Shown: positions 26,032-34,895 of the stretch, one piece after another
How the letters are laid out: the number at the start of each line of letters is the position of its first letter
Numbering within the stretch: position 1 is the first letter of the stretch
IMG/VR virus record: IMGVR_UViG_3300049190_000014
Span: 1-42,684 of that record
Source: a virus
Taxonomy: Duplodnaviria > Caudoviricetes
DNA length: 42,684 nucleotides
Reading direction: 5' to 3' (one strand)
Notes under the pieces: model-generated
What the model was told of the DNA's origin: nothing
What the model saw: only the letters and a program-made list of their open reading frames with translations
The model's database searches: none
Translations under genes and position numbers: made by a program

Positions 26032-27720
26032 TTAACCTACTCTTTTTCTTCTGTATGATTCACGGTCCTCAACGAGTGCCATGTCGTAGCCCCTCATTCG
26101 ACCTTGTATTTTTATATCTTTTAATTCTGATGGTCTGTAGCCGGGACCACCGCTACCGCCAGTCATCGCTCTTGATCCTTGAGATTGTTTTGACATCATT
26201 GCATTTACGGCAGCGCCTAATGCTACAAGGGCAGCACCCGCAGCGATCATTGCGTAAGGGTTACCAGATTGAAAGGCCATTTCAGCGACACCGACAGAGA
26301 TAAACAATGCTCCAAGTTGTTGGGCAAACTTTCCTACTGCCTTGATAATGTCTTGACCAAATTCACGAGATCCTGCGAGAGCGTTTCCTATTGCATCAGC
26401 GATGTCTGTTATAGCACCAGCGATTAATGGACCTATATCAACCATTTGTGCTTTAACCTCCTTAAACGCGGCTGGTAAAAGCTTAATTGATGCAATCATT
26501 TTCTTTATTCTTGCATCAAATGCTTCAGGATCGAGTCCTAAACCCTTCATCAAATCACCACCTGATTTTTTACCAGGAGCAAAGTTTAGGTCGAAGTTTT
26601 CCGGATTGAAGAAGGCTGCTTGTTTCGTTTTAACCTCCTTCATTTTACCAAGTAGTCTATCTAACTCTGCGTTAAGTGTTTTTAATTGGGCTGTGTATGC
26701 GTCAGCATCGCGCAGCGTTGTGGCTTTTTCGCGTAATTCAGTGATACGTTGAATATCAGCCCTCACTTGTTGAAGTAGTCCAAGTTGCTCAGGCTTCACC
26801 CAAGGGGTTAACCCGCTTCCATCCATTGGAACACCTGTAAGCGGATCGATCTGATTTGATAGTCCTTTTTCACGTTCTGTCTGAAGGTCTTTTATTCTTC
26901 CACGAAGTTGATCAAGATTATGGGCAGCTTCAGTAACCAATGGTCCTCCAAGAAACGCAACCCATGCCTCAAAGAATTTTGTATTTGGGGAGTTGAATAG
27001 ATCAATCTGTTTTCTTACGTAATCAATACCTCTACCGACTAATCCAGTACCGTTAGCACCTTTCCCCATCGTTACTTTTAGGTTTTCCCATGAAGCAGAT
27101 AGCTTTTGAATTTTTGTACTGGCGTTGTCGGAAAACTTAGCCATGTTCGATAATGACTCTTCTGCGATTTGACCAACGGCATCCGCAACCTGGCCAACGG
27201 TGGCCGCATCCATTGAAAGACCTTTCATCTTGTCACCAAGTGCAACAGCTGAGATTCCAAGGTTATCAAGGATGAGTTTTGATTTACGACCGATACCGGT
27301 AACGATAGAGTCAACCAGATAGTCAACGCTTTGACCGGTCTGTTGCGCTCTGAGGGTTGCAAATTCAAGTAACTTTGGTAGTGATTGAAGGCTGATGTCA
27401 AAGTTTGATGCCTGAACGGCACGTTTCATCAGTTCAAGTTCTGAAACCGTGTTTCCAGTAGCACGTTTCAGGTCTTCCATTAACTTTGCTGAGTCAGGAA
27501 GTCTTTCGAAAGCAGCACTTACGCCTTCAGCCTCACCGGCAAGCTTAACAACCTCAACTGTAAACTGTGCGACTTGTTGAACACCAAAAGCAGCACCAAG
27601 TTGTGCGGCTAATCCTGATACCTGTTTTCCAAAAGAGCTAAGAATTCCCTGAGCCTTATTTAAGTCCTTCGATAAGGCGGAAAGATCAGCACCAAGTTTA
27701 ACCGTTAATTGGCTCGTCAT
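26032..27720 (-). CDS. Tail tape measure protein
   Basis: LTVKLGADLS N-terminus, Ala/Gly-rich helical sequence, hydrophobic C-terminal segments; follows the chaperones. Confidence 0.88.
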   Translation of the reverse strand: MTSQLTVKLGADLSALSKDLNKAQGILSSFGKQVSGLAAQLGAAFGVQQVAQFTVEVVKLAGEAEGVSAAFERLPDSAKLMEDLKRATGNTVSELELMKRAVQASNFDISLQSLPKLLEFATLRAQQTGQSVDYLVDSIVTGIGRKSKLILDNLGISAVALGDKMKGLSMDAATVGQVADAVGQIAEESLSNMAKFSDNASTKIQKLSASWENLKVTMGKGANGTGLVGRGIDYVRKQIDLFNSPNTKFFEAWVAFLGGPLVTEAAHNLDQLRGRIKDLQTEREKGLSNQIDPLTGVPMDGSGLTPWVKPEQLGLLQQVRADIQRITELREKATTLRDADAYTAQLKTLNAELDRLLGKMKEVKTKQAAFFNPENFDLNFAPGKKSGGDLMKGLGLDPEAFDARIKKMIASIKLLPAAFKEVKAQMVDIGPLIAGAITDIADAIGNALAGSREFGQDIIKAVGKFAQQLGALFISVGVAEMAFQSGNPYAMIAAGAALVALGAAVNAMMSKQSQGSRAMTGGSGGPGYRPSELKDIKIQGRMRGYDMALVEDRESYRRKRVG

Positions 27721-28003
27721 AGATCTTTACCTCTGGAAAATTCTTTAATCGTTTACGCCTCTCTTCTACATCTGAAGGCAGTTGAAACAACTGCTCATAT
27801 CTTCTAAGTTTCTTTGAGTGACCTTTAACAGCCCAAAAACTTATAATCCTTGTCTGCATTATGTCGCGATCAAACCTTTCTTTCTCTAACTTCTGAAAGC
27901 CGTTCAACGCGTTGTAAAGTTGCCTGAGTGTATATGTTCCGTATTCAGAGACGCTAAGCCCCAGGCGACCTAAAGCGAGTTCTTCAATAGCGTCCCACGT
28001 TAC
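27698..28003 (-). CDS. Tail assembly chaperone gpT portion (reached by -1 frameshift)
   Basis: The -1 frame is open from the gpG end (VTWDAIEELALGRLGLS...) to 27698. Confidence 0.75.
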   Translation of the reverse strand, partial: VTWDAIEELALGRLGLSVSEYGTYTLRQLYNALNGFQKLEKERFDRDIMQTRIISFWAVKGHSKKLRRYEQLFQLPSDVEERRKRLKNFPEVKIYDEPING

Positions 28004-28344
28004 TCCCCCACGGGTGATTCTCCTTCACCTTTTGGTGATTGCTCAACCTGTGGTTTGCTGTTGTTGAATTCTTCCAGGAAAGAACTATCACGTAGATCAA
28101 AGAAGCTTCCCACATCCTCAATTGTAAATGGAAACTTTTCCTTGCCTTTATGTTCTACGTAGTGCCCTGCTTTAAGACCGACATAGGCCAGTGCCCGTAT
28201 CATCTTAATACTGTTCACTTCCTGCTCAGATATTCCATTGATTAAGCTTTTCCCCGTTAGGTCTTCAAACTCACTTAGCGCGTTCAGGTCATAGCGAATC
28301 GGAAACTTTTCACCATTGATTTCGATGTATCTCAACCCCGGCAT
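28000..28344 (-). CDS. Tail assembly chaperone gpG
   Basis: IEINGEKFPIRYDLNAL..FE; between tail tube and TMP; ends in G GGG GAG TAA. Confidence 0.8.
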   Translation of the reverse strand: MPGLRYIEINGEKFPIRYDLNALSEFEDLTGKSLINGISEQEVNSIKMIRALAYVGLKAGHYVEHKGKEKFPFTIEDVGSFFDLRDSSFLEEFNNSKPQVEQSPKGEGESPVGE

Positions 28345-28352
28345 AATCCTAA

Positions 28353-28775
28353 TTAAGCGTAAGTACCTACTGTTGGATCACCAGTGTTTTGAATGCTTAC
28401 TGTGAACGTAACAACGTCATCGTATGGAGCATCAACTGACAAATCAGTGATGTATCCTGTACCGCTCCATTTTGGAGAACCCGAAACCGCGCTGTTTCCA
28501 TACTCCCAAGTCACTGAACTACCAGCAAGCTTTGAAGTCAGTAAATCTTCGAATCCTTGAGTTGAAGCCGTGAGCGTGTAAACACCCTCCCCATCAATCG
28601 TAAGATCTTGGAAGCTTGGCAGGTATTCTTTGTGTGTTCCGGAACTCTTAGTGGTTACGTCAATCATGTCAGTCACAAAACTGAGTGAGCTTGACCGCAT
28701 ATTTGTAATAACCGTAGGCGTTCCAGTGAGCCTAAGTGTCATTGTTTTACCTAGCTGTGGTGCTGTTGTTGCCAT
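28353..28775 (-). CDS. Major tail tube protein (TP901-1-like family)
   Basis: IDVTTKSS...EYLP...W.G.GYITDLS.DAP.DDVVTFTVS. Confidence 0.85.
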   Translation of the reverse strand: MATTAPQLGKTMTLRLTGTPTVITNMRSSSLSFVTDMIDVTTKSSGTHKEYLPSFQDLTIDGEGVYTLTASTQGFEDLLTSKLAGSSVTWEYGNSAVSGSPKWSGTGYITDLSVDAPYDDVVTFTVSIQNTGDPTVGTYA

Positions 28776-28800
28776 TTCTTTTCTATCGTTTTAATTTTTT

Positions 28801-29199
28801 CTACCTCCCTACCCATACCGTATACTCTTGGTCAGCTACGTATACATCTCTATTTGTTTCCTTCTCGAAAAATTCAGTCTGAAAAGAAAACTCTATGCTA
28901 CGTATAGCTATACCGTTATAACTTCCTGGTGTTTTCCAATCAAGCGCGTTCCGCATCGCTTGAGCTAGTGTTTCTCTTCCTTTGGAAGATGTCGCATAAG
29001 CGAAAGCACCAATTATTTGTTTGTCGAGTTCAGCAGCCCCACTTTTACTTGTAATTGGTGTTGCTTCTCTGGACTCCAATACGATCAGCGGATATTCTGC
29101 TCCTTGTGGCGGTTTGTCGATGTAAACTCTTTGTTCTACTATTGCCACAACCGGAGCATCGTTAAGAAGAATATTCAATGCTCCTAAATGCCCGTTCAT
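28801..29199 (-). CDS. Tail terminator (DUF3168/gp17-like)
   Basis: RVY...PQ...YP.IV motif and position. Confidence 0.75.
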   Translation of the reverse strand: MNGHLGALNILLNDAPVVAIVEQRVYIDKPPQGAEYPLIVLESREATPITSKSGAAELDKQIIGAFAYATSSKGRETLAQAMRNALDWKTPGSYNGIAIRSIEFSFQTEFFEKETNRDVYVADQEYTVWVGR

Positions 29200-29645
29200 C
29201 GTATCTTATATTTTCTCAAAATCCGTTTCATCAATGAGTTGAGATTTACTTCTAACTCTTTTACTACTGAACTACCTACTTGTGAGGCGGCTTCTTCAAC
29301 CACATTTCCAAGCGGTGTGATTTCTCCTGTCGAAGCCCCTGATTTTTTTTCTCTTGGCTTTCCTTTCCAGAACATCCAGATAAACGCCAGACTCCTTCCC
29401 TTTACTCCAAGCTCAATGAACCTTTGCGACTTGTCTTTAACCGGAAGAATTGCAAGACTTCGCTTTGATGCTCCGGTGTCCTTCCTGGTGAAAAGTTTTC
29501 TGGCTGTTGATATTATCCGACTGCCAGGTTTTCTAGCTACGTTTCGAATCAGTGACGGTTCCATTTCTCCCGGTAGATTTCTGAGCGCCTTCTGCAACTC
29601 TTCCATCCCTACCAATTCGATATTAACCCCACCCTTCTTACTCAT
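29196..29645 (-). CDS. HK97 gp10-like neck protein
   Basis: GMEELQKAL...DTGA; position. Confidence 0.7.
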   Translation of the reverse strand: MSKKGGVNIELVGMEELQKALRNLPGEMEPSLIRNVARKPGSRIISTARKLFTRKDTGASKRSLAILPVKDKSQRFIELGVKGRSLAFIWMFWKGKPREKKSGASTGEITPLGNVVEEAASQVGSSVVKELEVNLNSLMKRILRKYKIR

Positions 29646-29976
29646 TGTCTCTCTTCTCACAGGTTAAGATCTTCCAGGCTTTACGCTCAGACGACTCTTC
29701 TATTCCTTTTATGTAGTAAGTGTCAGATCCATCGATAACCCTCATTACTTCGGTGATATCATCTTTCCACCGGATCAGATACCTCACCTCGATGTTTGCC
29801 ACTTGCTGATTGGCTTCAAAAGTTTCATTACTCTTTGGGCCTAATCTCTTTGCAGCAAGACTTGAGTAAAGGCTTGACCATGTTTTTACCTCTTCGTTTG
29901 TCGTGCTGTCTGCTGAGGTTGTGAAAGATTGAATTGCAATCCTTCTGTTAAGTTCTCCCGCAGCTATCCGACTCAT
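29638..29976 (-). CDS. Head closure protein (SPP1 gp16-like)
   Basis: AGELNRRIAIQ...IRW..DI...MRV. Confidence 0.85.
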   Translation of the reverse strand: MSRIAAGELNRRIAIQSFTTSADSTTNEEVKTWSSLYSSLAAKRLGPKSNETFEANQQVANIEVRYLIRWKDDITEVMRVIDGSDTYYIKGIEESSERKAWKILTCEKRDNE

Positions 29977-30587
29977 AAGAGATAAGGGTAAATCAGGTTG
30001 TCAACGAACGTATTCAAATGCGCTATGCTCTTTCCTTCGACTATGGTTTCGCGATGCTTGTAGAGGTTACCGAGCTGTAGTTTCATCCAGGAAACAACAT
30101 CTGGTGGGAGTGCGGATTGCTGCGCAGCTTCGTTTGCTCCACTTGCACCGTAGCCAACTACATACACAATCTCTACGGCATCAAATCGATCATCAAGATC
30201 AGGGAAGTCGAAACCAGAGACGAACCGGACCCTTCCAGGTACGCTTCTGGAATCAACTTCATAGTCCTCCGCGTCAATTGTTTGCTGTGCGCCTCCATCA
30301 GCAGGATAATATTTAATCGAAGTCACAGATACCAGCGGCCCTGGCATCAGTTTGAAAAATCCATTACAGTCTACTTCCGGAAAGTTTTCTCCTGTCCAAA
30401 GCCAGGTGGATTGCATAAACGCACGATTAGTTTTGTTTTCTGCAATCTCCCCGGAGGCTTTGACCAGCGCGATAATCAGAGCATCATCATAACTTTCTTC
30501 CTCGTTCTGCAAGTGTACCCGAGCATCCACTAACTGGAATGGCATTCCGGGTGCTGAGGTTCGTTTGTATGAATGGGCTATGGTCAC
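29973..30587 (-). CDS. Head-tail adaptor (gp6/gp15-like)
   Basis: ARVHL...DDALI..L...P.VSVTSIKY...LYKHRE; GTG start at 30587 preferred. Confidence 0.85.
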   Translation of the reverse strand: MTIAHSYKRTSAPGMPFQLVDARVHLQNEEESYDDALIIALVKASGEIAENKTNRAFMQSTWLWTGENFPEVDCNGFFKLMPGPLVSVTSIKYYPADGGAQQTIDAEDYEVDSRSVPGRVRFVSGFDFPDLDDRFDAVEIVYVVGYGASGANEAAQQSALPPDVVSWMKLQLGNLYKHRETIVEGKSIAHLNTFVDNLIYPYLL

Positions 30588-30604
30588 GCGCGGAAAAAAT
30601 GTTT

Positions 30605-31045
30605 TTATCTCGCTAAAATCTGCGCTGTAAAGCTTGCCGACATAGTACCAGTGCCCGTCCAACTGACTCGGTAGTATGTAAAGTCGTTTGATTTAAGTCG
30701 CCAGTGATAAGTGCCACTTGCGTCAGCAGCCGTTTTAGTTGCTAAGGCGGTTTGTGTTTCCTCTGTGTTAAGAGCCACAAAATTAGACCCGTCAATACTT
30801 CCCAAAAGGGAGATTGTTCCACCTACTGTTCCTGAAATTTTTGTAACTACAACCTGAACAGTAACACGATCAGAGCTTTTGTTCGATGGTGTTCTTGCAG
30901 TCAGGTATGCAGTGCCAGCGTTCGTCACAGTGTCAGATGACAGGCTGTACGGACTGTAAAGACTCTTTTCCTGAGCTTTACTTTGGATTGTTGAAAGCGC
31001 AATGATTGCTACCAGTGCGCCAATGATGTATAAGAACTTTTTCAT
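30605..31045 (-). CDS. Signal-peptide-bearing beta-sandwich protein in the head module
   Basis: MKKFLYIIGALVAIIALSTIQSKA-Q leader; SIDG.NF and YYRVSW strands. Confidence 0.75.
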   Translation of the reverse strand: MKKFLYIIGALVAIIALSTIQSKAQEKSLYSPYSLSSDTVTNAGTAYLTARTPSNKSSDRVTVQVVVTKISGTVGGTISLLGSIDGSNFVALNTEETQTALATKTAADASGTYHWRLKSNDFTYYRVSWTGTGTMSASFTAQILAR

Positions 31046-31305
31046 TTGTCTTTCTTTGAATTTCTGTTTGATTTCTTGTCGTTTGCCTTTGCTTGTTCAA
31101 GAGCGGCCCCTGCATTTTGATCAGAAGCGTTTTCTGCTTCTGGTTCCTGCCTGGGTTCTTCTTTTTTCTCTTCCTTTGCCGCTTCTCCTAACGGTTCAGC
31201 GTATTTACCATCAAGCAGATGTTTTGTATCTGCTTCGTTTACTTCAAATACATCCCCCACGCTATACGCGAACAGGGGATGATATTTTACCAACTTCAAC
31301 TTCAT
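31042..31305 (-). CDS. Small post-capsid protein
   Basis: YSVGDVFEV...LLDGKYA plus a charged tail; ATGA-coupled to the next gene. Confidence 0.7.
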   Translation of the reverse strand: MKLKLVKYHPLFAYSVGDVFEVNEADTKHLLDGKYAEPLGEAAKEEKKEEPRQEPEAENASDQNAGAALEQAKANDKKSNRNSKKDK

Positions 31306-31307
31306 GA

Positions 31308-32600
31308 TTATGCAGTCAATGCGTCTTTGATACCTGCGAATGAAAGGGCACGAGCGACCTCAACATCCCAGAACATATTTGCAGTGATTTGCACTTGGTG
31401 ATTCTTAGCAAGAGTGTAAGGATCCACAACGAAGTCCATTCCGCCCCACATACCAACGTAGCAGTCTGCAAAATTTCCAAATACGATTGCAGAGCATATT
31501 CCAGATGACGCGCCTTTTGTAAGGTTTGATGGTACTGTGTTTGCAACTACAGATGGGTATCCATTCATTTCATTTCCTTTTTCCCATAGTGGATCACCGT
31601 TAGTGCTAGCAAACTTCTGTGTCACTTTGGCCTTACCTCTAACCTTTGAGTTTGTGAGATACTTTAATGCACCTTTGTCCGCGTTGTTGTTTGCAACGAT
31701 GGTTTCTAGATTCACTATATCTTCATATGAAGCTGTTGCTCCAGCTGCGCCAAGCTCAACCAAATTACCGTTACCGGAAGTGATGGCTGCAAGGATAGCT
31801 GTGATTGCGTCAACATCCAGTTTGTAATTCAGAGCCTTGCGGATTTGATCAATTACAAGTGCTTGTATGTCTAGGCTTGATTGAATCATGATCTGCTTTG
31901 ACACTGGAATCGTAACACCTCTACGAGCTGGTGACATTGCCACTTTATCGAAAAGGATTTCAGTATCAGACAATGCCTGGATTTCAGTGCGCTCAGATGC
32001 GGCTGGCTTTGTGCTTTGTACAGGAAATTCCTGGTTTCCAGTAAGACCAGCAAGGCGAGTAGCTCCAACTTCTGATAGGAAGTTCTTCGACCACAGGGCC
32101 TCAATCAAGCCGTTCAATTGTGTTGGAATTGTGTCACCGCCTTGATCACCAGTTGCTGACGTTGTTCCAGTTGCAGTCTGACCGCGTTTTTCCTTTGGAA
32201 CGAAGCATGGTACAGCAAATCCCTGTGGAGATTGTCCTGAACTGCGCAATTGTTCAGCACCGATTTCATGAACTTCTTTTTCAACTCCATCGAGTTGCTT
32301 ACCTTCTGACATCAGCGCAAGTCCTCTGAAAATTGAGAAATTCGACAGGTCTTTCTTATCCGTATGCACCGCAGGGGCATTTACTGGCTGCGCACTTGCG
32401 CGGTTCTCAGCTTCCTGTGCTTCGAGGTCGCGAAGTTCGGTTTCAAGTGCTGTCACTTCCGTTCCAAGATTAGTCCACTCAGTCGTTTCTTCCGAAGTGC
32501 GTGAACGGTTTTCTTGCACGGCTTTGTCCATGATCGCCTTTCTGCGTGCCTTCTTGGTGGCGATATCTGATCTTACATCAGTGATTCTTTTTAAACTCAT
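31308..32600 (-). CDS. Major capsid protein (HK97 fold with N-terminal delta domain)
   Basis: Coiled-coil N-terminus, GG..IPT, SKQIMIQS, FGNF, VDPYT. Confidence 0.93.
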   Translation of the reverse strand: MSLKRITDVRSDIATKKARRKAIMDKAVQENRSRTSEETTEWTNLGTEVTALETELRDLEAQEAENRASAQPVNAPAVHTDKKDLSNFSIFRGLALMSEGKQLDGVEKEVHEIGAEQLRSSGQSPQGFAVPCFVPKEKRGQTATGTTSATGDQGGDTIPTQLNGLIEALWSKNFLSEVGATRLAGLTGNQEFPVQSTKPAASERTEIQALSDTEILFDKVAMSPARRGVTIPVSKQIMIQSSLDIQALVIDQIRKALNYKLDVDAITAILAAITSGNGNLVELGAAGATASYEDIVNLETIVANNNADKGALKYLTNSKVRGKAKVTQKFASTNGDPLWEKGNEMNGYPSVVANTVPSNLTKGASSGICSAIVFGNFADCYVGMWGGMDFVVDPYTLAKNHQVQITANMFWDVEVARALSFAGIKDALTA

Positions 32601-32611
32601 TTTTTTGTTTT

Positions 32612-33217
32612 TTAAAATTCTAACTCCATTAACATTCGATCATGGTCTGCCTTCGCCTGACCAATATTTTGCGCGTCTCTCTCTTGCTTGATTGATTCGA
32701 GAGATCGTTTTGCGACACTTGTGTTGGGGTTTGCTGGATAAGTGACAGCAGACACATCATACCAGCGCGAAAATTTTTGAATGACTCTGTGGTCTTTACC
32801 GTTGCGAGTTTCCCAGACTGCATCTTTGATGGAGAAAGCATAAGAGCTTTGTGAAACATCACCTCGTTTTACTTTCTCCATCACCCGAATATGGTCGGGG
32901 TCGGCAGGATTGTATAGAATACTGTATCGCGCAGACTTATTATCCACTGTCAACTTCATCGTGCCAGACTTATTTCTTCCAAGCACATAGTTTGCGTCAT
33001 GGTTGAACAGCCCGCGAACGTCATCATTCAAAACATCATCGAACGCACCACGCGCGACTTCTTCAGTGAAATATCCCAGGTCAGTAATCTCTCCGATAGG
33101 TACAGCAACGCCTTCAAAGTATTCCGCATCTCCTTCTTTACGGATCTCTACTTGTGAACTGTAGAATCTCCGCTCAGCGCCTTCTATGGTTTCGATATAA
33201 TCCACTTCTTTACTCAT
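32612..33217 (-). CDS. HK97-family prohead protease
   Basis: F.EEVARGAF, LFNHD...LGR, SQSSYAF, DVSAVTYPA. Confidence 0.92.
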   Translation of the reverse strand: MSKEVDYIETIEGAERRFYSSQVEIRKEGDAEYFEGVAVPIGEITDLGYFTEEVARGAFDDVLNDDVRGLFNHDANYVLGRNKSGTMKLTVDNKSARYSILYNPADPDHIRVMEKVKRGDVSQSSYAFSIKDAVWETRNGKDHRVIQKFSRWYDVSAVTYPANPNTSVAKRSLESIKQERDAQNIGQAKADHDRMLMELEF

Positions 33218-34584
33218 TGCTCAAAAAATTCTATGATCTCTTTAGAGTGGCCGTTAAATTTTTCCTTCAGACGTGCCTTTGTTTCTTCACTCAATCGCTT
33301 TGCTGGCTGTGGTTCCGGTCCTTTTTGTATGATCGGCACACCCTTTTCATCCAACACAGTCATGTTATTTCCTTCGATGTAGTAGCGGTCGCCACCTGGA
33401 AGTGGGTTCTTGTCAAGAATGTCTCTGATTTCATCACGGCTGTAAACACCGAGCTTGAACATTGAAGTCAGCCATTCGGCTTGTGACTTTAGATCTGAGC
33501 GCAGCAATGCGCCTACATTGAACTTCATGAAGTAGCGGCCCTGTTCGCGTGTGGTGTAAGCCTTTTCGTTTACTTCCTCTTCAATGTTTTTAAGTAATCC
33601 TGACATTGAGTAAATCAGGAATTGAAGATTTTGCTGTTCAAGGTTATTATAGGTGACTCCAGATTTATATGAGTTCGCTATGGCAGGCGGAACGCGGAAT
33701 ATCCCATAAATGTCTTCTTTCGTTGCATTGATCTGGTCGAGATATGCAGCATCAATTGGCTTTAACCCAACGGTTGCAACCTCAAGTCCGTTTGTAAAAA
33801 TTGGAAGATCGCCTTCTTCAAAATAACCATCAGTTTGGCCGCGTAACTTCTCTTTAAGAGACTTGATACCCTCATCTTTAATGTTCACCGTATTCGGTGT
33901 TTTTAAATAGAAGGGTGGCACGACATTAAGCGCGCGGTTTGAAAATTTCCTCTGCTTTTTAGCGGCACCAAAAGTTTCCTGGTGGAGTTCAATTTTACTG
34001 AGTCCGCGTTTCCCATCTCTTGATGGAACCTCTTTAAAATGCAGGACATCAGAATAATTTACTGGCTTACCTTTAACCTCGTAGTATGGATTGTTGTCGC
34101 GTTCTCCACACTTAACTACCACGTCTGAGTAATTAAGAACATCAACACGTTCAAAACCCGGTGTGCGCGTAATATAGGCGAAGCAATCACCATCAAGGTC
34201 TACACGTTGAACTACCAACTTCCAAAACTGTGAAGGCGTTTGCCACGGATTGGGGCGAACATGAAACACGCGATACGTCCAATGGTCATATGCGATTTCT
34301 TTTCTATCACTATTTTGATTTGGATATCGGTACGGACTTGCTGGAAGCATCCCGACTGCACTTGACCTGACATCTACGCATGTGAATGCTGTAGCTTGTC
34401 GCATCGCTGAATCATTTGAAACGTATTCACCGCTGGTGTTATCGTATGAACCCAAAACGGATAGATACTGCTTGGCTATTTCCTGTTGGGTATAGGATTG
34501 CGCTGAGCGCTGAAGACGCGCCTCTATGCGTTGTTCTAAACGCTTAATAGGATTGAATGAAGAGAAGAATTTTCCTACTCCCAT
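33214..34584 (-). CDS. HK97-family portal protein
   Basis: RPNPWQT, G..FAYI, VLHFK, IFRVPP, NNLEQ, EIR...K.PLPGGD. Confidence 0.93.
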   Translation of the reverse strand: MGVGKFFSSFNPIKRLEQRIEARLQRSAQSYTQQEIAKQYLSVLGSYDNTSGEYVSNDSAMRQATAFTCVDVRSSAVGMLPASPYRYPNQNSDRKEIAYDHWTYRVFHVRPNPWQTPSQFWKLVVQRVDLDGDCFAYITRTPGFERVDVLNYSDVVVKCGERDNNPYYEVKGKPVNYSDVLHFKEVPSRDGKRGLSKIELHQETFGAAKKQRKFSNRALNVVPPFYLKTPNTVNIKDEGIKSLKEKLRGQTDGYFEEGDLPIFTNGLEVATVGLKPIDAAYLDQINATKEDIYGIFRVPPAIANSYKSGVTYNNLEQQNLQFLIYSMSGLLKNIEEEVNEKAYTTREQGRYFMKFNVGALLRSDLKSQAEWLTSMFKLGVYSRDEIRDILDKNPLPGGDRYYIEGNNMTVLDEKGVPIIQKGPEPQPAKRLSEETKARLKEKFNGHSKEIIEFFEQ

Positions 34585-34626
34585 GTATTCGCCTTCAGGT
34601 TATAGCGATACACGAAAGACGGTAGA

Positions 34627-34671
34627 ATATACCGATCGGTATATATTGTCGCGTCTACTGACGCGTCTACT
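34627..34671. promoter_or_regulatory. 18-bp perfect palindrome plus 10-bp direct repeat upstream of the portal
   Basis: ATATACCGATCGGTATAT (34627-34644); CGCGTCTACT at 34650 and 34662. Confidence 0.55.
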
Positions 34672-34882
34672 ACTTTTTAGTTAGTTCTCTTTTTGCTCGG
34701 TGGAACCTGGATGAGTTGAATGATTGATAATTCGAATACGCGCGGTGATCGAACTTTTCAGCAAACCTTGCCTCAGCTGCATCGTAAGCCTCCACCATGT
34801 TTACCCCCTTCGCATACTCTTCATCAAACATTTCGTTGAACTCCTTCCTTCTTTCACTCGCTACTTGTTCAATTGTTGGCAT
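34670..34882 (-). CDS. Small helical protein between terminase and portal (possible late regulator)
   Basis: EAYDAAE..F...F....YSNYQSF motif. Confidence 0.7.
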   Translation of the reverse strand: MPTIEQVASERRKEFNEMFDEEYAKGVNMVEAYDAAEARFAEKFDHRAYSNYQSFNSSRFHRAKRELTKK

Positions 34883-34895
34883 AATGGGTATTTGT

